The translations under genes were made by a program, and so were the position numbers. This document shows positions 57,052 to 64,000 of a stretch of DNA of 64,000 nucleotides, one piece after another. The notes beneath the pieces were generated by a model. That model was not told the DNA's origin and did no database searches. It saw only the letters and a program-made list of their open reading frames with translations. The stretch is from an uncultured delta proteobacterium (GTDB lineage Bacteria > Desulfobacterota > Desulfobaccia > Desulfobaccales > 0-14-0-80-60-11). The DNA lies in NCBI GenBank assembly GCA_963812015.1, contig CAWETI010000003.1, forward strand, positions 1,216,001 through 1,280,000. Direction: 5' to 3'. Numbering within the stretch: position 1 is the stretch's first letter; each line of letters starts with the position of its first letter.

Positions 57052-58467
57052 TTGCAGGTGCTTGAACGTCGCCAGGGCATTTTCGATGAATACCGCTGGA
57101 TCATTTCCCGATTGCAGTCGCTCCTGGATGGGTTCGTGGTGGTATTGTTGTTGTTCTTGGTCTGTTGGTTCTGTGGGGAATCCTTCCGGTTAATTTTCCA
57201 GGCCCTGGGGTTGGTGACCTTCCTGTTAACCATCATGGTTTTTCGGGCCGCCCAACTCTATCAGCCCTGGCGCGGCGCCAATTTAATCCGCTTGGTGCGC
57301 CGGGTTTTTCTGGCCTGGCTGGTGATCGTGGCCATCCTCATGATGATGGGTTACGTTACCAAGACTTCGCAGCACTTTTCCCGGAAGGTCCTCCTCACCT
57401 GGATGGTTGTAGTCCCTCTGGCCTTGGTGATGTTGCGGCTGCAGGTCTTTTGGGGCTTGCGCTGGCTGCGGCAGCAGGGCCGCAATGCCCGCACCGTGGT
57501 TATTGCCGGAGCCGGGGACCTGGGGCGGCGCCTGGCGAAAAATGTGGTGGACACCCCCTGGCTGGGGATGCGCCTGCTGGGGTTTTTCGATGATCGGGTG
57601 ACGGGGGAAGTCCATCTGGATCACCAGGGCTATCCGGTGCTGGGCACCCTGGATGACATGGTGGAATTCGTTCAGAAAGAACAGATCGTTATGGTCTATC
57701 TGGCTTTGCCCCTGCGGGCCGAAGACCGCCTCCGGCAGGTGGTGGAATCCCTCCAGGACACCACCGCCTCCGTCTATTATGTGCCGGATGTATTTATTTT
57801 CTCCCTGCTTTCGGCCAGCTTCACCGATTTGCGCGGCATACCCCTCGTGGCTTTGTGGGAAACCCCGTTCTTCGGGGTGAACGGTTGGCTGAAGCGGGCC
57901 GAAGACCTGGTGCTGGCCAGTCTGATCCTGATCCTGGTGTCGCCGCTCCTCGTCTTGATCGCCCTGGGGGTGAAGTTGTCGTCTCCGGGCCCCATAATTT
58001 TCAAGCAACGGCGCTACGGGCTGGATGGCCATGAGATTATGGTCTATAAATTCCGCACCATGAAAGTCTGCGAAGACGGCCCCGAGGTGCCTCAGGCGAT
58101 CCGGGACGACCGCCGGGTGACCCCTTTGGGCAGATTTTTGCGGCGCACCAGCCTGGATGAGTTGCCCCAGTTTTTCAATGTCCTCGCCGGTTCCATGTCC
58201 ATTGTGGGGCCCAGGCCCCATGCGGTGGCCCACAATGAGTATTATCGCCGTCTCATTCCGGGGTATATGCTCCGGCACAAGGTCAGACCAGGCCTCACCG
58301 GTTGGGCCCAGATCAACGGCTGGCGGGGTGAGACGGAAACCCTGGAAAAGATGGAAAAGCGGGTGGAATATGACCTGGATTATCTGCGACGCTGGTCACT
58401 GTGGTTCGATTTGAAGATCATTATTCTGACGATTTTCCGGGGTTTTAAGGACAGCCACGCCTATTGA
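57052..58467 (+). CDS. wcaJ: Undecaprenyl-phosphate glucose phosphotransferase
   Basis: N-terminal TMs, LKRAED, YKFRTM, SLDELPQF, VGPRPHA, VRPGLTGWAQINGWRGET. Confidence 0.93.
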   Translation: MQVLERRQGIFDEYRWIISRLQSLLDGFVVVLLLFLVCWFCGESFRLIFQALGLVTFLLTIMVFRAAQLYQPWRGANLIRLVRRVFLAWLVIVAILMMMGYVTKTSQHFSRKVLLTWMVVVPLALVMLRLQVFWGLRWLRQQGRNARTVVIAGAGDLGRRLAKNVVDTPWLGMRLLGFFDDRVTGEVHLDHQGYPVLGTLDDMVEFVQKEQIVMVYLALPLRAEDRLRQVVESLQDTTASVYYVPDVFIFSLLSASFTDLRGIPLVALWETPFFGVNGWLKRAEDLVLASLILILVSPLLVLIALGVKLSSPGPIIFKQRRYGLDGHEIMVYKFRTMKVCEDGPEVPQAIRDDRRVTPLGRFLRRTSLDELPQFFNVLAGSMSIVGPRPHAVAHNEYYRRLIPGYMLRHKVRPGLTGWAQINGWRGETETLEKMEKRVEYDLDYLRRWSLWFDLKIIILTIFRGFKDSHAY

Positions 58468-58519
58468 ACGGCAACGCCGGGGGGCTGGCTGAAAAGCCTG
58501 AAAGGATGAAGGGAATTTC

Positions 58520-59590
58520 ATGATGAATCAGGGTAAAAAAGCCCTCGTTACCGGGATAACGGGACAGGACGGCAGTTATCTGGCCGAGTTCCTCCTGGCC
58601 AAGGGCTATGAAGTGCATGGCCTGGTGCGCCGCTCCAGCACCTTCAACACCAGGCGCATTGACCACCTCTATGTGGACCCCCATGAACAGGGCGCCCGGT
58701 TTTTTCTCCATTATGGGGATGTGACTGACTCCGGGCAGCTCAGCCATTTGATCTATAATCTTCAACCGGACGAAATCTATCACTTGGCCGCCCAGAGTCA
58801 TGTACGGGTCAGCTTCGACATGCCCGAATATACCGGGGATGTGACCGGTCTGGGGGTGATCCGGCTCCTGGATGCCATTCGCCGCAGCGGCATCAAGACC
58901 CGGTTTTACCAGGCCTCGTCCAGCGAGCTGTTTGGCGCCACCCCGCCGCCCCAAAATGAAGAAACCCCCATGCAGCCCCGGAGCCCGTATGCCGTGGCCA
59001 AGCTCTACGGCTACTGGATGGTGCGCAACTACCGGGAAGCTTATGGACTTTTTGCCACCAACGGCATTCTCTTCAACCATGAATCGCCCCGCCGGGGGGA
59101 GACCTTTGTGACCCGGAAGATTACCCGGGCGGTGGCCAGGATCAAATTTGGCTTGCAAAAGAAACTCTATCTGGGCAACCTCGAGGCCAGGCGGGATTGG
59201 GGCTATGCCCCTGACTTTGTGGAAGCCATGTGGCTCATATTGCAGCAGGATACCCCGGAAGACTTCGTCATTGCCACGGGGGAGTCCCATTCGGTCCGGG
59301 AGTTTTTGGAAGCGGCGTTTGCCCATGCAGACCTGGACTGGCGGGAATACGTCGAGATTGATCCGAGGTACTTCCGGCCCACGGAGGTGGACTTTTTATT
59401 GGGTGACGCCGCCAAGGCCCGGCGCATCCTGGGCTGGCAGCCAAAAGTCAGCTTCATGGAGCTGGTGCGCATCATGGTGGATGCCGATATTAAGGATCTA
59501 ATCGATCTGCGCCAGTGCCAAGACGTGATCCGGCACCTGAGTCAGGAAAACCACCTCGGCCCCCCGGCCGGAGGCCAGGGACCGGGCTAG
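58520..59590 (+). CDS. gmd: GDP-mannose 4,6-dehydratase
   Basis: [56 protein letters not shown]. Confidence 0.96.
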   Translation: MMNQGKKALVTGITGQDGSYLAEFLLAKGYEVHGLVRRSSTFNTRRIDHLYVDPHEQGARFFLHYGDVTDSGQLSHLIYNLQPDEIYHLAAQSHVRVSFDMPEYTGDVTGLGVIRLLDAIRRSGIKTRFYQASSSELFGATPPPQNEETPMQPRSPYAVAKLYGYWMVRNYREAYGLFATNGILFNHESPRRGETFVTRKITRAVARIKFGLQKKLYLGNLEARRDWGYAPDFVEAMWLILQQDTPEDFVIATGESHSVREFLEAAFAHADLDWREYVEIDPRYFRPTEVDFLLGDAAKARRILGWQPKVSFMELVRIMVDADIKDLIDLRQCQDVIRHLSQENHLGPPAGGQGPG

Positions 59591-59752
59591 GGGTGGGCGC
59601 CATCATATACTGACCTAAAACCGCTTTTTCCCGTCTCCTGGGTGGGGAAGGTGGGATAATTTTTTCCTGCAAGATATGCGTGACATAAACCCCCCGAGAG
59701 CTGGAAAGGCGACCTCACGCCGCCGGAGACGGGGGAATGGATCAGCAGCCTA

Positions 59753-60694
59753 ATGGATGCAAAGGCAAAAATCTATGTGGCCGGGCACCGGGGCCTGGTG
59801 GGGGCCGCGATCCTGCGGCGCTTGCAGGCGGCCGGATTTAAGAACCTGGTGTGCCGCAGCGCCCAGGAATTGGATCTGCGGGACCAAGCCGCGGTAATCG
59901 ATTTTTTTGGGCGGGAACGTCCGGAATACCTGTTTTTGGCGGCTGCCAGGGTAGGGGGAATCAGGGCCAACTCCACCTTCCCGGCGGACTTTATTTACGA
60001 CAACCTGATGATTGAGGCCAACCTCATTCATCAGGCTTACCGGCATGACGTCAAAAAGCTCCTGTTCCTGGGAAGCTCCTGCATTTACCCCAAGCTCTGT
60101 CCCCAGCCCATGAAGGAAGAATATCTCCTGGACGGCAAGCTGGAACCCACCAATGAACCGTACGCAGTGGCGAAAATCGCCGGCATCAAGCTGTGCCAGT
60201 CTTATAACCGGCAGTACGGCACCTGCTTCATCTCGGTGATGCCCACCAATCTTTACGGCCCGGGGGACAATTTCGACCTGCTGGACTCCCACGTCATCCC
60301 CGCCCTGATCCGGAAGTTTCATCAGGCCAAGGTAACGGGGGCCCCGGAGGTGGTGGTTTGGGGCAGCGGCACCCCCAAGCGGGAATTCCTCTACGTGGAT
60401 GACCTGGCGGATGCCTGTCTCTTCTTGATGGAACGCTATCAGGAAGGGGAGATCATCAACGTGGGGGTGGGTCGGGATTTGGAAATCCTGGAGATGGCCC
60501 GCCGGGTAGCGGCCGTGACGGGCTTTCAGGGCCGGCTGGTGCTGGACCCCAGTTATCCCGATGGCACCCCCAGGAAACTGTTGGATGTCAGCCGCCTGAC
60601 TGCCATGGGCTGGAAGGCCACAACCCCTCTTACCGAAGGGCTAAAAATGACCTATGACTGGTTTTGCCGCAGTCCCTGGGCCCGGGAATCCTGA
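59753..60694 (+). CDS. fcl: GDP-L-fucose synthase
   Basis: AGHRGLVG, AARVGGIRAN, GSSCIYP, EPTNEPYAVAK, SHVIPAL, DGTPRK. Confidence 0.96.
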   Translation: MDAKAKIYVAGHRGLVGAAILRRLQAAGFKNLVCRSAQELDLRDQAAVIDFFGRERPEYLFLAAARVGGIRANSTFPADFIYDNLMIEANLIHQAYRHDVKKLLFLGSSCIYPKLCPQPMKEEYLLDGKLEPTNEPYAVAKIAGIKLCQSYNRQYGTCFISVMPTNLYGPGDNFDLLDSHVIPALIRKFHQAKVTGAPEVVVWGSGTPKREFLYVDDLADACLFLMERYQEGEIINVGVGRDLEILEMARRVAAVTGFQGRLVLDPSYPDGTPRKLLDVSRLTAMGWKATTPLTEGLKMTYDWFCRSPWARES

Positions 60695-60700
60695 CGGGGG

Positions 60701-60844
60701 CAGGGCGGGGAGGTGGTGGTCTCCGAGGCCGTGTACCGCCTGGTCCAGAGCGAAGTGACGATTATCCGGGAGCTTGAGGCCCGGTTGAAAGGGATTCACG
60801 AACCGGTAGCCCGCTATGTGGTCGATCGGCTGGCTACGCCTTGA
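60701..60844 (+). pseudogene. C-terminal remnant of a class III adenylate/guanylate cyclase
   Basis: QGGEVVVSEAVYRLVQSEVTIIRELEARLKGIHEPVARYVVDRLATP*; no start codon; fits the GEILISEATY...LKG..EPV..Y cyclase tail. Confidence 0.7.
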
Positions 60845-60895
60845 TGGTGCGGCCGGTGGAATTGGCGGGGGGCCGGGAGAGGTCGTCCGGTCGGG

Positions 60896-61480
60896 TCAAG
60901 CCTGAGCGGTTTTCTGATACTTCTCCAGCATATCTCTCCTGACGGCAAATAAATTCTCCCCTAAGAGGCAGGTCAGAAGATAGTCCACCAGACGGCTGGG
61001 ATTCTGCCGGTAGATTCCCAGGAGTTGTCTCCAGAATTGCCACCGGTGGCGAGGCCGGATCCCCTGGCGCCAGATCAGATGGAATAAGGCAGTCCAATCC
61101 CTGAGGTCACGGGAGCCAGAAAAGAGGCCCGGGGTGGAGGGGGGCGGGGCCGTTCTGTGCTCCCCGGCCTGCAAGGCCAGGGCCTGCCGGGCCGGCCGCA
61201 TGGTGAGGTAGTAGCGGTAAGCCCGGGCCAGATAGCGGGAAGGCTCGTACAGGCGGTCAATAGCCCGGACGTATTCCGACAAGATTTCTGCCTGGGGGCG
61301 GGTGGGCACGTAGTTGAATTTCAGGTTATAAAAATTACCCGAGGTCTCGCCTTGAACCAGGCGGTCTTCTTTTTCGAGGCGGTCCCACAACTTGGTGCCG
61401 GAAAGAATGTGCAGAAGGTTAAGGACGACTACCGGGATACCGTGCTCCTCGACGAACCGGCAAACCCGGTCCCCGGCGCC
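60896..61480 (-). pseudogene. 5'-truncated B12-binding radical SAM gene (DUF4070-type C-terminus)
   Basis: GAGDRVCRFVEEHGIPVVVLNLLHILSGTKLWDRLEKEDRL...NYVPTRP...LYEPSRYLARAY...LIWRQGI...RWQFW; in-frame stop just upstream, and no CxxxCxxC or B12 domain. Confidence 0.8.
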
Positions 61481-61575
61481 GCTGCAAGGACCAGAATGAC
61501 CGTGGAAACTCAGGATTGATCAACAATACCTGCATAATTTTTCTTGTGCCGGTGAGGCTTGATTGGCTGAGAGCG

Positions 61576-63291
61576 TCAAGGTGTTTGGGTCAACCAGGGG
61601 CGCATGTCGATAAGGCGCACATGCTGATCGATGACCAGACTACGAAAGCTGGGTTCAGAGAGCAAGGCATAATTTTGCCGCCCTGCCGTGATATGTCTGA
61701 TTTGCTCGTCAAAGGGGGCGAAAAATGGGCAGTCAAGCCGGTCGGCCAGCTCCGGGGACACCCCGGGAATATGGGGCTTATCTCCGGGAAAGAGAAAGCC
61801 CCCGCCCTTCAGGAAGGCCGGGGTGAAATGCCGGTCATCGACGATGAGAAAGGCGATGCCATACTTCCGACAGAAGGCCACCACCTCCCGGGGATCGGCG
61901 GCATAATAGGCCCGGAAGAGGTCGGTAAAACGAGGCTGCATTGTGGCCCAGTAACCCCGGCTCCAGACTTGGGCCAGTTCATAGGTGGCAAAGGCCCGGC
62001 GCCGGGCGAAGGTGGGAATGGTGTCCATCAGGTGGGGGTGGCCGGCGATGAGGGCATCCTGGGGCGTGGAGCCCAGGGCGGCATAAAGTTTAGTATAGGC
62101 CGAGTAATCTTTGAGACCGACCCCTTCGAGGCGCCAGGCGCCCAGGAATGCTGCCGCCACCAGCGCCAGGATCGCCAGATGACGGGGCCAGCGTTCCACC
62201 CGGAGCGCCGCCCTGAGGCCCAGGGCCAGAACCAGGCAATTAAAGAGGTTTAAGGTATAGATGAGATACCGGTCGGGGACGAATAACTTTAACAGGAAGA
62301 TCCGAGCCAGGAAATAAAGGAGCAGGGAGGCTAATAACAGGTAGCCGGCGGGTTTGAGCCGTTGCCGCCAGGTGGGCCAGTCCAGTCGCCGGACCCCGAC
62401 CGCCAACAGAGTTAATAGTCCCGCGCAAGCCAGGATGCCGGCCACCAAGCCCCATTCCCGAAACGGCGGGATGAATTCCCAGGGGCTGATGAGTTCCCAC
62501 AGGACGGAAGCCTCCGGCAGGAAGCGGTAACGGCCGTTGGCGTAATATTCGGGATGGTTGACCATCTCTCTGGCGCTCACCAGGGGCCCGTAGCCTGCGG
62601 CGCTGAATTGGAGATTCATGGCCATTACCAGCGCGGCCCCAATGCCCAGGAGAATGAAGTGCCCGGCTTGAGCCGGAAAAGGGGGTGGGCGGTCCCGGCC
62701 CAACCGGGCCAGGAGCCAGGCCAACATCGCCGCCGGAGCCGCCACCAGAAAGATATAGGGGATGAACAGGGCCTGGAGCAAGAGCGCTACGCCCATAACC
62801 CAGGGGCGCCGCTCCTGCCAGCCCAGCCAGAAGAGGGCCAGGAGCGGGGCGGCGAAGGACCGGGACAGACCCCCGGACAGGTTGTCCAGGAAGAAAGGCA
62901 TCAGCCAGAAGACGGCCACCATCATCCAACCCAGGCGGCGGTCCGAGAGGTTCACCCCGATCCTAAAGAGACAGATGGCCAAAAAGACGAACAACCCCCC
63001 CGGCAGCAGCTTGGAGAAATAGAGGGGGGACACCCACCAGGAAGCCAGCCAGTAAAGCCCCTTTACGCCCCAGGGGACGTAGGCCCTTGCATAGCCGGTG
63101 AGAAAGTCGCCCGGGAATAAGGCCGGGTTTTGCCACTGCTGCATCCAGTAGATCTGCTGGCGGACATCGTCATTGATGATATAGGGGTGGGTCAGGGCCT
63201 GGTAGTGGGCCAAAACAAAGATGGCCCCGGAAATCAGGGCCACCAGCAGTTCGGGCCAGGGGGGCGCACTCCGACTTCCCTGAGGCGCCAC
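61576..63291 (-). CDS. Polytopic membrane protein, probable GT-C-like transferase
   Basis: NDD acidic motif after TM1, about 10 TM, FVPDRY, soluble C-terminal domain. Probable GTG start at 63291. Confidence 0.6.
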   Translation of the reverse strand: MAPQGSRSAPPWPELLVALISGAIFVLAHYQALTHPYIINDDVRQQIYWMQQWQNPALFPGDFLTGYARAYVPWGVKGLYWLASWWVSPLYFSKLLPGGLFVFLAICLFRIGVNLSDRRLGWMMVAVFWLMPFFLDNLSGGLSRSFAAPLLALFWLGWQERRPWVMGVALLLQALFIPYIFLVAAPAAMLAWLLARLGRDRPPPFPAQAGHFILLGIGAALVMAMNLQFSAAGYGPLVSAREMVNHPEYYANGRYRFLPEASVLWELISPWEFIPPFREWGLVAGILACAGLLTLLAVGVRRLDWPTWRQRLKPAGYLLLASLLLYFLARIFLLKLFVPDRYLIYTLNLFNCLVLALGLRAALRVERWPRHLAILALVAAAFLGAWRLEGVGLKDYSAYTKLYAALGSTPQDALIAGHPHLMDTIPTFARRRAFATYELAQVWSRGYWATMQPRFTDLFRAYYAADPREVVAFCRKYGIAFLIVDDRHFTPAFLKGGGFLFPGDKPHIPGVSPELADRLDCPFFAPFDEQIRHITAGRQNYALLSEPSFRSLVIDQHVRLIDMRPWLTQTP

Positions 63292-63295
63292 GATG

Positions 63296-64000
63296 TTAGA
63301 TAGGCTTTTCAAAGACGCGGAAGACCTTATAACGCTGGGCTCCAAAGGCCGTTAAAATCTTGATCCAATGCCGGTGAGTTTCCGGAATCAGGGAAAAATC
63401 GGCCATATCACAGGGAGTGTGCTTCACCAGATAAATATATGAGCGCAGGAACAGGGCAATATGCAGGCGCCGCCGTTGATAGGGCTGGCTGATCCCCACC
63501 ACCATGGCCCGGACCTTACGGAGCGGCCGGTACTTGGCCCAATAGAGGAGGCGGAGTTTACCCCAGAGGGTGAGACGTCCGTTTAACTCCCGGATGAGGG
63601 GATTGAGGTCCGGCAGGCCGATGCCGAAGCCGGCCACCCGGTCATGGTCCAGGAGAACGAAAGCCATTTCCGGGCGTAGACAGGGTTTAACCATCTCCAA
63701 CATGTCATTGAATTGGCGCCGGGTCAGGGGTACGTGGCCCCACAGGGGTTCCCATTCGGTATTGAACAGCTGGAAGACCTCGTCGGCGCGCCGCTTCACT
63801 TCTTTCGGGTTGTAAGTCACTACCTCGACGCTCTGACCGTGCATGATGTCAGCATAGCGGCGTTCCATGGCCTCAAGATCCACATTCCGGTTGGTGATCT
63901 TGTAGGCATGCCAATCCATGGCCTTGACAAACCCCAGGGAAGTCAAAAGATCCTGGTAGTAGGGCGGGTTGTGGGTCTGGAAGATGACCGGCATGGAGTC
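63296..64000 (-). CDS. YghO-like GNAT N-acetyltransferase; 5' end outside the window
   Basis: HNPPYY, GFVKAMDW, WGHVPLT, LPDLN, VGISQPYQRR, YKVFRVFEK; frame is open to the window edge. Confidence 0.8.
   Translation of the reverse strand, partial: DSMPVIFQTHNPPYYQDLLTSLGFVKAMDWHAYKITNRNVDLEAMERRYADIMHGQSVEVVTYNPKEVKRRADEVFQLFNTEWEPLWGHVPLTRRQFNDMLEMVKPCLRPEMAFVLLDHDRVAGFGIGLPDLNPLIRELNGRLTLWGKLRLLYWAKYRPLRKVRAMVVGISQPYQRRRLHIALFLRSYIYLVKHTPCDMADFSLIPETHRHWIKILTAFGAQRYKVFRVFEKPI

Noticed and set aside
54940..59326. Long minus-strand ORFs (402, 331 and 293 aa)
   Set aside because: Antisense shadows of GC-rich, well-supported plus-strand genes; no recognisable motifs
1..64000. CRISPR arrays, tRNA/rRNA genes, integrase or prophage genes
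   Set aside because: No regularly spaced repeats, RNA gene signatures or such ORFs were seen by eye

Overview
The window is almost entirely one large, mosaic bacterial cell-surface glycan biosynthesis and modification region; gene content suggests an anaerobe such as Desulfobacterota, but that is inference only. Left (1-6426, minus strand): operon with a sugar C-methyltransferase, RmlC-like epimerase, methyltransferases, a DegT aminotransferase, an SDR and a CmcI-family protein. Middle (7052-28163, plus strand): B12 radical SAM, a GT-C-like membrane protein and an IS remnant, then an unusual module with a deoxyhypusine-synthase-like protein, HldE/GmhA-like enzymes, an SDR, two DegT aminotransferases, two Twitch/SPASM radical SAMs, two GT2s, a ValC-like ROK kinase, two paralogous membrane proteins, an ArnE/F-like transporter and TPP-dependent E1 alpha/beta genes with no E2/E3. 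Right (28234-60694, plus strand): Wzx/Wzy-type genes with many glycosyltransferases, a carbamoyltransferase, wbpV-wbpL-wbpM, an AsnB amidotransferase, methyltransferases, an SGNH protein and wcaI-wcaJ-gmd-fcl. The far right has two gene remnants and a convergent GNAT plus GT-C-like pair. Several degraded genes missing from, or only partly shown in, the ORF track were found by manual translation. No rRNA, tRNA or CRISPR array was seen. All family assignments come from motif recognition and recalled reference sequences, not database searches.
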